A DNA stretch of 64,000 bases from Mytilus californianus (GCF_021869535.1 NW_026262604.1:22010001-22074000), one strand, 5' to 3'. Shown: positions 10,330-22,760, numbered from the stretch's first letter. Notes: generated by a model not told the origin, from the sequence alone. Numbers and translations: made by a program.

Positions 10330-13243
10330 TTGATTACTTTACACGGCTGATTTTTATAATCATTTCAAAAACCTAACTACTGAAACCAGTCCTAATATAA
10401 GTGATGATTTTGATGCTGGTAATCAAGAGTGTTTGTATAACGAGCTTGATGCGCCTATTACTCCAGAAGTAGAGTGTAAAGTTTTGTTGAAGTTAAAATG
10501 TAACAAATCGCCTGGTATTGACAATTTGTTAAATGAGTATTTTCTACATTTTAAAGACATTCTCATGCCTTTAATTGTACAATTGTTAAATGTAATTTTT
10601 GAAACTGGATATTTGCCGAAACAGTGGTGTAAAGGAATACATATTCCCGTACATAAAAAAAATTGCTGTAAATGTTACTGATAATTATAGAGGTATTACA
10701 CAAAGAAGTTGTTTCTGCAAACTTTTTACTACTATTATCAATGAAAGGCTCACATTGTGGGCTAACGAAAATGACATTTTAACTGATGCTCAGTTTGGGT
10801 TCAGACCCTGTCATGGTACAGCTGATGCTAGTTTTGCCTTACAATCAGTTATTTCTAAAACTTTATTGTTGTTTTATAGATTATAAAAGTGCTTTTGACA
10901 ACTTGAATAGAAATGTTCTACATCATAAGCTTGCAAAATGTGGTATTATCGGTAAGCTATTTTCAGTTATAAAATCTGTATATGATAATTCTGTGAGCTG
11001 TGTAAAGTTTAAAGGTGAATTTTCTGACATTTTCTCTAGAAAAAGGAGTATTACAAGGGGAACCATTATCACCCATACTATTTCCAATGTTTTTAAATGA
11101 TTTTGAAAATGAGTTTATTAATAGCTTATGTCTGCCAGTAGACATAAAAGAACTTTCATTGTTTTTATTGATGTATGCAGATGACACTGTTATATTTCCT
11201 GAGACTATTGATGGGTTGCAAAATATGTTGAATTCCCTACATAATTATTGTAAAAAGTGAAATCTTATTGTAAACACAAGTAAAACTAAGGTGGTTGTTT
11301 TCAGAAATGGTGGTAAATTAAGAAGCGATGAAGAATGGTTGTATAATGGCGAAATTATTGAAGTTGCTGATCATTATTTATATTTTGGTGTTATGTTGTA
11401 TTACAATGGAAAGTTTAATCAAACTCAGTTAAATATTGTTGCCAAGGGAAGAAAATGTTTATCAATGCTGTATGCTAAAATATAACATATGTGTTTAAAT
11501 GTACAAACAAAATTGTATTTAGTTGATGTTTATATTTCACCTGTTTTATTATATGGAAGTGAAATATGGGGGTTTTCATAATGCATCTGATATAGAAAAA
11601 CTTCATATAGAATTCTGTAAAAATGTTTTGACTGTTAAGAAATCCACTGCTACTGCAATGGTTTATTCTGAGTTGGGAAGATTTACTTTATTGATATCTC
11701 GTAAAGTAAGAATAATAAAATATTGGATTCGTCTATTACGGACGAGAAATTGTATTCTTAGTGCGATATGTAATGACATGTATGATGAGTGTGAATCAGT
11801 AAATAAGTCATCATGGGTTAATAATGTTAAATGTATGTTACTTAGCTTAGGTTTTGGGCATGTATGGTATGCACAGAATGTTGTATCGAAGAAGTATTTT
11901 TAAAATTATTCAAAAAAAGGCTTATTGACCATTTTCTTCAGGAAAGAAATATTTTTTTTCGATTTGTCGTCAAAATGTACTATTTATAAACATCTTGTAG
12001 ATAATTTTCAATTGCAGTTTTATTTGACAAAAAACTTATCACCACAATGTATTAGATTTCTAACTAAGTATAGACTTTGTTCACATAAGCTAAATATTGA
12101 ATATGGTAGAGTCATAAAAAGAGCAAGAAATGAAAGACTATGTATTTTATGTAACCATGGTGATATCGAGGATGAATTTCATTTTATTTTAAAATGTCCA
12201 AAATATGACAATATAAGAAAATTGTATATTAAAAGGTATTATCATACAAATGCATCAGTTTTTAAATTAGTTCAGTTATTGTCAACAAAGAATGTATCGG
12301 AATTGCGTAATTTAAGAAAGATATAAGATTTTCAGGACAATCCTTTGAATGATTTATACTAAAGTGTTATTAACTGGCATGGCTGTTTCTGTATTATAGA
12401 TTCGAGGTTAGCTGTATTGGACCCGAGACTCGAAGAGTCGAGGGCCAATACAGCTGATCGAGAATCTATAACAGGGTCAATACAGAAACAGCCAGTTCAT
12501 AACACTTTTATAAAATGATTTTAATTCTTTTAATTAGAATAAACGAAGAAACTTACCGTGAAGAAGATACAGAAATTTCATATCTGAACTTGTCTTTTCG
12601 CATTCGCGTCCATGGATTTTGTGTCAACATTGTCAGATGTTCTCGTCAAAGTACTTAATATTATGCTATTACAATTCATTTTATCTAACAAATATAAAGA
12701 AGCTGGGAAGAATAAATCAGACAGTTGAACTATTCTTACTCTTGGATCGTCTGCGTTCTGATAACCCGAATAATTCAGTCCCTCCCCGTAATCGATCTCT
12801 CCTACTTGCGAGGGCCTGAATTCCTAACACGATAAAAACTCTTCACGAATCCTCGATTTTGATTGGTGCTCTGTAGAAGAGATGACCAATCAGCAATCAG
12901 CTTAATTTTATCTAATTCCGAATGATTGATTGAAGATTTTTCATTGTCTATTCATTCAGACGTTAATGAAGTAATCGTAGATCAGCGGAATATACCGTCT
13001 GAATTATTCGGGTTAGTGTCAATAATCGAAAGTCGTACTCGAAAAGGCTGTGAAATATTTCCGTTTCAAGACCTCAAGACGTTACAAAACACTGAAAAGG
13101 GCTGATTTGCTCATATCATTTAATAATATGTAGTCTTGCCTCCGATTGTATTTAAAATGTTTTGGTATGATATACATGTATATATTTATGATATACCTAT
13201 AAGCTGTATTGCTTCTGGTTTGAAATAAACTATTAAACTATCT
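10330..13243 (+). mobile_element. Decayed 5'-truncated non-LTR retrotransposon (LINE ORF2 RT plus C-terminal CCHC; RTE-X/L2-like group), interrupted near its 3' end
   Basis: KSPGIDNLLNEY, DNYRGIT, QFGFR, CFIDYKSAFD, GVLQGEPLSPILF, MYADDTV, CILC...EDEFHFILKCPKY, with many frameshifts. A probable 3' end AATAAACTATTAAACTAT lies at ~13225-13243, after an inserted element. Confidence 0.85.
12328..13170. mobile_element. Non-autonomous element with a long terminal hairpin, inserted into the LINE 3' end
   Basis: Imperfect palindrome 12361-12508 (AAAGTGTTATTAACTGGC...GACTCGAAGAGTC...GCCAGTTCATAACACTTT). An inner inverted pair is also present (AACCCGAATAATTCAG ~12764 / CTGAATTATTCGGGTT ~12998). Confidence 0.6.
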
Positions 13244-13259
13244 AAATTTACAGGCTCTA

Positions 13260-13410
13260 TAAACTATATCACTGCCCACATGACAGAGGTATTGACTAAG
13301 ATAGCGATACTGACTGAGCCGTAGTCGAGGTCATTATCGCTGTCGCAGCCAATACAACTGTCCTACGGGCAGTCCATGTATCACGATAATGACCAGTTTT
13401 CAATAACTAT
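13260..13410. mobile_element. Degenerate hairpin element of the same structural type
   Basis: Imperfect palindrome centred on GACTGAGCCGTAGTCGAGGTC, with TATTGAC.../GCCAATA arms. Confidence 0.4.
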
Positions 13411-13814
13411 TATGTTTATTTCATTGAGGAACCATGTTTTTAAAGATTCTCTTAAATTCAAATTGTTCAAGGCAAACTCGAGTTATTGTACGATTTCTAT
13501 AGGAAAGAGTGAAAACCAGTCATAGTGATAACTATGAGTCACTGCCATTCATTTAAGTGCATTTTTTCAGTATATGAATACAAAATAAATTTTCTATAAT
13601 TCTATAATTAACGAATCGCGACTGCCGTTTTTTATAGGACATCACTCTAAACAGAGAAACCACGCCCCACTGGTCATTAACATGTAAAAGTCCGTTAACG
13701 ACCGGTTTTTATGGTCCGTTTTTTCTGTTAAAGACCGATGGAATTTTTTACTGAAGAATAAAGAATGTCATGTGGCCCCTTGTTATCCCCAAAAAAAAGC
13801 TAATTCTTAACCGA

Positions 13815-15409
13815 TATGAAAACAATAATTTTAACAACAACTTTGCCGGATGTGAAAGAAGTTACTAAGATTTTATTACTGTTTTGCTTAAACCTTATTT
13901 GTCCCTTGTCCCAAGGTCTTTACATAAAATTATTCTAATCAGATATCCTGATGGTAAAATTTGGTGTATACACTTGTTCTACTGGAAAAAAAAACCACAA
14001 ATATTTCCATGGAAATCTCTCCCATTCCGATCGGACTGAACAACGTTTGGTGTTTGTAAGTAAATTTAGTTTCCGATATCATATTGCCCGCTGTAAAAAA
14101 AACTGAACTTTAAAATTTCTTCGTGTTCAAGTTACTTCGATAAATAAATTATTTAGTAAAAATGCTATTCATTGCCTAATCTTTGTTATGTCCTGAATCA
14201 AGGGTTGACAGAGTTTTCACCTTTATTTTTGCCAATATGGAAATGCATCAATGTTTGGAATTGCGCCTATTGAAGTGTAACATAGCGACTCCGTTTGTGC
14301 AGTATGTCGCTGATTTACAATAATTTCACTGAGACATTTTACAGTCTCTTGGAAGTTTTCTACGACACGGTTCCTTTCGAAACTAAAGGATCGTTCACCA
14401 ATGTTCGATGTTGCATTTTTTATGTCAGATTCTTTTTTTTTCTTCTTTTGAACCAACTTGTTCAACTCAACCAAACACTGAATATCTGACCCATCAATGA
14501 TGCACGCACTTAAAATCTTGTGCCATTTATCGACAGTAGACTTTAAACTGATCATTTCTGTTATTGCGTCTGCAAGTTCTATTACTATGCTCTTATTTTT
14601 TATGATCAACTCTTCATTCGCTGTTTTTTTCAAGATTGTTAACGGGTTCGATTAAATCTTTCTTCCACTTTTCAATTTCTGAAAATATAGTTTTCTCCAT
14701 AATGTCAACGCTAGACACATTTTTCTGTGTGTCTTGAATTGATTTGTAAAGCAAAGTGTTCCACTGCATCATCACCTTAAAAAAAATTGGTCGTCTGCTT
14801 TGCCTCTTCTTCTATTACAACCACCTTTTCACGTTTACGATGTTTGACGGTTGCACATACAGTGCAACAAGGTTTACCATGATCTACACAAAAAATCTCG
14901 ACAAATTTATCCGAATGGTATTCACATGTGGTCAACAGAGAAACATGAAATTCTGTCTCTTTGTTCTTCTTGCAACGTAATAATTTTATGGTTTTAAGAC
15001 CCTCTAAATTTACGGTGACAGTTTTCACAGACAGAACAAAGTGCTTCCTGACAGACGGTATACCATGACACAGCTTTCTGCTTTGCATTGCTCAGTTTGC
15101 ATGCGTTGCATAATTTTTCTAGTTTCTGTATCGCTTGTCGATCAATCATCGAAATAATCAAATGATTGTTTGAAAGTTCCTCTGCCCAATATTCAAGATT
15201 ACTTGAAAGCTCTCCAACTGACATAGACACATGAAACCGATTTTAATGTTTTCCTTCGCATCAGATGACTCAATGTATGTATGAATACATAACTTGCAGA
15301 ACGTATGAAGACATGGCAAATATTTAGGACTTTTAAATATCTCTAGACAAATACTGCAAGTTAACAGGTCGTCTTCTTCTTCGATCACATTTAATGACCA
15401 TGTCGCCAT
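13815..15409 (-). pseudogene. TRIM pseudogene (frameshifted, internally deleted paralogue)
   Basis: ORF pieces 15158-15409 (RING N-terminus, last CxxC destroyed), 14994-15230 (B-box1), 14777-15088 (B-box2) and 14223-14633 (coiled coil). Propeller remnants continue to LVTSFTSGKVVV at ~13830. Confidence 0.92.
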
Positions 15410-15859
15410 TTTATCACTTTAAGACTTCCTGGATGAATGATAAATATATCTTTTTATATGTTATATCAATACATTCTTTTATGAGTTCAATCATGTGTTT
15501 ATTCTAAACTTTTCCATTCTAGTTTTGTGATCTTCTCTATTTTTTATTTGCTTATTCGGTTTTTCGGCTTATATTTTTACTTTTTTGTTTTAGTGTTTTT
15601 TCGAAAACTCACAATCCTGCAATGAATATAAAAGGCAAAACATTGAATATAAAGATTAAAATTGGAAATGAACCAATGAAAGAGGTCTTTATAACATTAA
15701 TTTGTGTTTTAATTGGGTCTTGTGTTGAATTTTTTAACCATTTGGTTTGTGATAAATGCTTCATCTCGTTTTTGTACCTATAGAAAGAAATCTACAATTC
15801 ATGATGTTTCTTTCAAATGAATTAAAACGAATAGAGTAATACTTTTGTCACGCTAAATG

Positions 15860-16490
15860 CAAACAGACAAAGGATTTGACAATCAACTCTCTGATCAAGA
15901 CAAAGGATTTGACAATCACCTCTCTGATCGAGACAAAGGATTAGACGATCACTTCTCAGACCGAGATAAAGGATTTGACGGTAACCTCTCTGACCGAGAC
16001 AAAGGATTTGACGGTCACCTCTCTGACCGAGACAAAGGATTTGACGGTCACCTCTCTGACCGAGACAAAGGATTTGACGATCACCTCTCTGACCGATACA
16101 AAGGATTTGACGATCACCTCTCTGACCGAGAGAAAGGATTTGACGGTCATCTCTCTGACCGAAACAAAGGATTTGACGGTCATCTCTCTAACCGAGACAA
16201 GGGATTTGACGGTCATCTCTCTGACCGAGACAAAGGATTTGACGATCACATCTTTGACCGAGACAAAGGATTTGACGGTCATCTCTCTGACCGAGACAAA
16301 GGATTTGACGGTCAGTTCTCTGACCGAGACAAAGGATTTGACGATCACATCTTTGACCGAGACAAAGGATTTGACGGTCATCTCTCTGACCGAGACAAAG
16401 GATTTGACGGACACCTCTTTAACCAAGACATAAGATTTGTTGATCACCTCTCTGACCAAGACAAAGGATTTGTCGGTCACCTCTCTGACC
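15860..16490. repeat. 33-bp minisatellite, ~19 copies
   Basis: Unit GACAAAGGATTTGACGGTCACCTCTCTGACCGA with no indels. It explains the three overlapping ORFs at 15857, 15956 and 15975. Absent from the paralogous flanks. Confidence 0.95.
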
Positions 16491-18600
16491 AGAGTAAGAA
16501 CATAAAATGTAAACCATTTTGAATGCTTTGTCATCTGGGTATTTATCTAAACACATTATTTTCCAAACTTATCAAGTAAAATTATAAAATGTAAAATTAT
16601 TCCTATAGCTTCTAGGAGGGAGTCGTAGTAACCAAAATATATAGAAATATAAAAAAAATGTCCATTGGCTAAAACAATAAACAAAAAACAAAAAACAAAA
16701 CCAAACAATCAAAATATGAGGATTAAGCAACGAGAACCCCAGCAAATGTCAGGAATAATTTCCGGTAAGAATCGATAATCATCGATGAGTTACGTTTAAA
16801 TGGCCATAGGTACGATTCAGACAAAAATTACTATATGATTATTTTCGATCGTTTCAATCATTTATAAAGTTGAATTTTTAAAATTATTTCGCTTTAAAAA
16901 ATATGCTTAAAAATATCGCTAATGTATTATTGGCTTGCAATTCAATAATTCAACCTCATCTAAATCCGTATTCAGTTGACCTTTGGTTTAACCTTATCTG
17001 GAGATGGGTTATACATGTGCTTACCGTGTTTGAAAAAAAATGTCAACGTTGAAAAATGAAACAAGGGAGCCAATGGGGACAACCATTTCGTTGATAAACC
17101 CACAAAAAATAATTCTTATACTGGTAAAAACAAAGATGTTACCTATTTGTATAATCTATGATATGAAATCAAAGAGACCCAAAAATATCGGCATTATACA
17201 TGTGCACGTGTTTGTCTCTGTTTTTATAATCATATTCAGGTTTATATCGGGTCATTGGTATTCTTTGGAGGTCATCTCAATGGTTGACTAGATTGCGTCT
17301 AGTCTAAAATACACAAGAAATGCTGATAGTTATAGCGAGTTCATCAATTGGTGATTGTTTATTTTGGACTTTTGTACTTTGGATAAACTTTTTAGTATGT
17401 AATAAATCAAATACGATAATTTGAGTCAAATCAGTAGACCTGAATTTGACAGCTTATGTCCCTTTAAAACTTGACAATGGGGAAGATCGCAACATTATAC
17501 GTACAAGCAAACATTTACATTACCTTAAAAAACGAACCGAACAGTTTAAAAAAATATAAAACCGACATCCATGTGTGTGTGATGCTATACGAATTATCAA
17601 TTTAACATGAAAACAATTTCCAACGGAAAGTGCTTTGTCATTCAAATGCTAATGTCATCTCTAGTCACGTCCGCAAATATATATTTTTGTGCTTAAGGGA
17701 AAACAAATAAAATGATTTCCTCTGTACGACGAGTTTTTATTTAAGTATCATCACTATATCTATCATTAATTATCTTTAATTGATAACCTGGGGTTGCTTA
17801 AGAAGTTGATTTGACTCTAAATTTGTAAGCATTGTTGCTATACCAAAAAGAGCTTTCAGAAATTACAGATAATTCCTTTAATAGAAAACATCGTTTAAAA
17901 GAAAATGTTTAAATTGTCGATTTTTTTCTAATTGTATAACAAGTTAAACAACTTGATATATATATGCATGTGAAATAAGATGTGCTTGCTACTGGACGCT
18001 TAGCAGGAAAATATCAATTGAATAAAAGAAATCAAAACATGCCGTTCTTTAAAAGACACAGTTGCAATTCTTACATATAATGACAGAGCATGTAAGATAG
18101 GTGGTTTATAAGATTTATGAACTACTATACTAAACGTTAAACTAATAGGACTAAATGTAATAAATGTAGCATCGTACCTTTAAGTTTGTTCATAGAATAG
18201 TATGTTTGAATATCTGTTCTTTCCATAGCCATAAGCCCTCAAAAAGCAACCAGCTTAGATAAATTAACCCGTTTACTCTTGCAAAGTGTTTTTTTTTAAT
18301 GTTCTAAAAGGCGAAAGTGCTTAAAGTTTATCGATGTTCCGGACTCGAAATATTTTTTGGGAAAATAAACAAAGAAAATTATTAAATCTAATTACAATTT
18401 AATGCTATCATAAAGATTTATTCCACATTGTTCCTGTTGAAATTCTGGTCTACTCATTTTATGCCTCCATACCTTTATATTTCTATATTTTCTCAAAAGT
18501 TTGGATCAATGAAATCGACAAAATCAATAGGCAGTTAAAGTGACGTATGATTTATAATCGATTTCACACGGAAAATGTGAAGTCAGTCAAGGCCTATGAC

Positions 18601-18658
18601 CTTTCAAGTCACGTTCGCAATTAATTTTGTATGAATGAAAAGTGAACTAATGAAAGCA
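18601..18658. promoter_or_regulatory. Conserved GTCACGT box plus IRF/ISRE-like element, copy 2
   Basis: CTTTCAAGTCACGTTCGCAA...GAATGAAAAGTGAACTAATGAAAGCA, ~3.2 kb upstream of the ATG at 15409. Confidence 0.45.
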
Positions 18659-19684
18659 CTTTTAAAAATAGTCAATATTTGATATATTATTCAAATATAT
18701 GCATCGGTTGACTTTCCCATTTCTGATTTTTCTTTTGTTGCGCTTTCGGTCTGCCACTAGACATGTTTTTACTGTTTCGTTTAAAAAAAGACAAAACACA
18801 CATAGTCTATCTGAAAATACCATTGAGAATTTCTTCATTGGTTAATGACTAATGAACAAATAGTGTTGTACTTTTCTCAATAATTTTCCTCAAGTCTGAT
18901 CTCACTTACCCTATCTTTCAATTTTCTATGGACAATTAATAAACAAGACAATCGTAGTTTATAGCTGTACAAATCAAGGTATATAAAAAGTTAAATATCG
19001 ATATGTTCTTGCTCGTTTTGGAGGAAAATCTTTATAGACTTTGCGATTGGCTCTCGTATCTTTTCAAAATAAATATCATGAAATTCTGCAATCAACACCA
19101 GCTTCTCAAAATATATATAAAAAAAACAACATAATGATATGATAAAAGAAAAGACCCGTCAAAGTTCCTAACTTCAGACAGGTACATCTATATGTTGCGG
19201 AGTTAATTTTTTTCTGATTTTTAGATCAGAACTGTTACCAAGGAAACAAATTATAACGGACAAATCACAAATTTACTTTTTGGTGAACATTTATTTTCCT
19301 GGCTTTTAAAATCAAGGAAAGCATTTTACAAAATAATTAACATTCTCTATCTAAATGTCTTATTTTGAACATAACTGAATGTTATATCTTGTAAACACCG
19401 ATGAGCTGTAAAGCTTAAGGTAATAAAGAATATATATATAACACAGTAAAGTATTGTGGTATGTATGCTAATTATATAAGAATTATCGTCTTTAAACGGT
19501 ACCGCCAAACAGTCAATACTAGTACTTTGTTCAAAATTAATACCATCTGTACTGATGTGCAGTCTTGTCGATGTTACTTTTAAACATGAACAATTTTGAT
19601 CATAAAAAAGGCGTTAATTTTCTGAGTTTGTGGTTGCTTTTTTCATTTTTGTGTCTTTCTTCCTCGTTGGCAAGTAGGTATCTG

Positions 19685-20096
19685 GGGATATGAGGTTCAA
19701 CCAAGATCTTTAAAAGTTAGAGAGAAGATACAGGGTGGCAACACAAAAGCATAAGTCACAGAACATTGACAACACCATACACTGTAAGTCAGAATAATAA
19801 GCAAGAGAAATATAGATTTCACCACTGTGTGTTACGATATTTCTCCACTCGAGACAGTTAAATTTTAATATTTAAAGCGCGAGGCTTGCCGAGCTTTTTA
19901 AATAATTAAAATTTAACTGTTGAGAGTGGAGAAATATCGTAATAAACGAGTTAAAGTGGTGAAATCTATATTTCTCTTGCTTATTATTCTGACTTACAGT
20001 GTATGGTGTTGTCAATGTTCTGTGACTTATGCTTTTGTGTTGCTACCCTGTAACTTCTCTCTAACTTTAAAAGATCTTAGTTGAACCTCAAATCCC
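19685..20096. repeat. ~410-bp palindrome made of a hairpin element plus an inverted copy of flanking host DNA
   Basis: 19741-19826 is the exact reverse complement of 19955-20040. The arms extend to ~19685 and ~20096 with a few mismatches. The centre is GCGCGAGGCTTGCCGAGC. Confidence 0.9.
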
Positions 20097-21597
20097 TAAT
20101 GATTTTCTCATATTCTCTAATGATTTTTATCCTTCCTTTTCAAAGATTTCCAGAAAGTTGTGTTCTGTATGTGTGACGTCATCAGGCATGGTCGCCTTTT
20201 TTCATGACGTCACAATAGGAAAATTCAGAAGAAACCAAGAAAATTTGACGTCATGATTCAATTTCGACCAATCATTTGCCGAGAACAGATATTTCACTAG
20301 TGGGGAGAAATATTTTTTTCACACCGATCAAGAAATGTGAAGATAGCACAAAAATTAGAGAAAGACTGTTAATCGTATAATCTTCCCGTGCGAACAAGTT
20401 AAAAGAAAAACGCACGAGAAGATTTGTAATAAGATATTGAACTTCCAATTATATTTTAAAACGCAGTGCAAAATAATCATTCAAATATGTGTGTAAAACT
20501 ATAAAAATAAGAAGATGTTGTATTATTGCCATTGCCACAACTCTCCACCAGAGACCACGTAGACATTAACAACTATAGGTCATCATACGGCCTTTACCAA
20601 TGAACAAAACCCATAACGCATAGTCAGCTATAAAAGGCACCAAATTGATAAACGTATTGGTCTTCATTTCTTAAAAAAAATACCTATTTTACTGTTAATG
20701 AAATGTAAAAGTCATTCAAGGTGCTCAAGTTTTACTATTCTTAGACATATGTTACATAAACCAGATTTCGCGTATCTTAATATTTTAACTTTTTTCTTTC
20801 AATGATTTTCAAGTTCCTGATTAAGTTGCCTACATGATACTCATTAGTTGCACTCAAATACAAATTAAGCATGTTACGTTACGCTCTGTCTTGTTCTGTA
20901 GTATATGCATTCTGATTGTTTGCCTCTTATTACAGTTTATGATGTCTGAGAGTGAATCAAATCTTTACAGAACAGGTGCTCTTAACTTTACAACTTTTGT
21001 TTTCAAATAATATTTAATAGGATTAAAAGCTTGCGGTAATCTATAATAATCTAATTAAAAGTTAATCAAATCTTTACAGTAGACTTGTCACTTTTTTGTG
21101 AGAAGATTAAATTTTAATCCGGTTTAAATTTTTCTTTAAGAATAAGTCACGTCCACATAGCTGAACTTCGTATGCCATGTTCAAGTGAAATCTAAATTTT
21201 CAAACTTATATAGTTTATTCTAGTCCTTTTCTTACATTGAACAATTACACAACATATTTTCATATAATTAAGTAAATAATTGACCATAAACGATATGTCA
21301 AACACTATCAAAATACTATAAATGTTTTTGTTTGTCTACGGTGTACGAATTCAAGGATGAACATAATTCTATAATTCTATAATTCTATACGTCAGAAAAC
21401 TCTTAGGGTGCCTCTCTAAATTATATTGAGAAGAAGGGTTCCACACAGCTATTACTGAATTGACAGAGAAAATGTATTGGATTTCATAGTAACGCATAAC
21501 AATATTTGCTTAGTACTAAGCATTGCCTTTAAGGTTCTTTTACAACATAGTATTTGTGAAAACTTCTGAAAGCTAATAATTTATGCTTCAACTTATA

Positions 21598-21737
21598 GGA
21601 TTTGGCTCGATACGATAGGTTGGTTCATGGCTTACAATGTATTAAGATTTGGCTCGATACGATAGGTTGGTTCATGGCTTACAATGTATTAAGATTTGGC
21701 TCGATACGATAGGTTGGTTCATGGCTTACAATGCATT
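21598..21737. repeat. 47-bp tandem repeat, 3 copies
   Basis: GATTTGGCTCGATACGATAGGTTGGTTCATGGCTTACAATGTATTAA repeated, with TTTGGCTCGA at 21601, 21648 and 21695. Confidence 0.9.
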
Positions 21738-22254
21738 AACGTCCCGGAGCAAATATTGCATAGTACTTAAGGAGAAACGTATTTAGGATGGTAACATGTT
21801 TACACTTTCAGTTATAAGTGGGGTTCGTTTTGCTCAATCATTCGAGTCCGTGAATTTTGTGTGTAACCTTAATATTATTTTGTTAACACCAAGTAATTTC
21901 GAGATGAAGACCAGTAATAGATGTACTTTTATTGTAAAACATTGTTATTTTTTCCTATTCCATAGCTAAACAATGCTTGTGTACCTTAACTTCTGAAACT
22001 AAAGTCTGTATTAGGGTCTTAAACTTTTACCATGATAACAGTAAAAAGGTTTTTAACAAACTGGTTGCCATCAAATACCGTTATTTTTCATTCAATTGAA
22101 AAGCAATAATTTTACATTTGAAAGAAATCATGTTATTTAACATTTCTAACATCATACAACAATAGGTGTTGTCAAGACGTTGTCACGTGTGTTCCTGAAA
22201 ACGAAATGAAAACGCGAAGATCATAAATCAAGAAATATATCTTTCTCATGCAAA

Positions 22255-22760
22255 AGTCTCATTCCTTAATGGCTTTGCCTGTACTTTTTGTTCTTTTTGG
22301 TTATATCAGCTATTTAATTTTGGAATGTGTTTTGGAATATTTTTGCATCGGGCATCACTTCAGACATTTATTGTCGAAATGCACATCTGTTGCAGAATAA
22401 TTGGTACCGTTAATGTTATTACTACCACTGGGTCGATACCTCTGTTGGTGGACTGTTAGTATCCGAGTGTATTACTAGCCGAGTAGCCATTCATTCGGCG
22501 TTGGCATGCTTCGGTACGGGCATTAAAATAACGGATTGAAATGTTGGCGATTCTTTAAACTAAGAAACATGTCTCTCTCGTGTAAAGCTCTTAATCAATA
22601 CACAGCTTTAGCTTTTATCAACATTTCAATTTTGAATAAGTTTTAGATTTTCCATTATTTTTTTAATCGATCATCACTTTAGAGACATTTACTGTAGAAC
22701 AGCACATCTGTTGCAGTAACATTGGAACCGTTAATATTATTTTCCTGATTTTTCTCTTTT
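22255..22760 (+). mobile_element. Degenerate retrozyme-like repeat with two direct type-I hammerhead-like motifs ~320 nt apart
   Basis: GCATCA-cttca-GAC-ATTTATT-GTC-GAAA-TGCAC-ATC-TGTTGC at 22352-22393, with a second decayed copy at 22672-22714. The catalytic CUGANGA core is damaged in both. Confidence 0.55.

Larger units (their letters stand above)
16500..21810. repeat. Upstream part of TRIM duplication unit 2, paralogous to ~32290-36850
   Basis: Long colinear similarity, e.g. 17580-19780 with 33080-35010 and 20740-21810 with 35040-35210 plus 35995-36850, broken by unit-specific insertions. Confidence 0.85.

Noticed and set aside
15857-16534. CRISPR-like array or three overlapping genes
   Set aside because: The units are contiguous 33-mers with no unique spacers, in eukaryotic DNA with no cas genes. 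The extra ORFs arise because the unit lacks stops in several frames.
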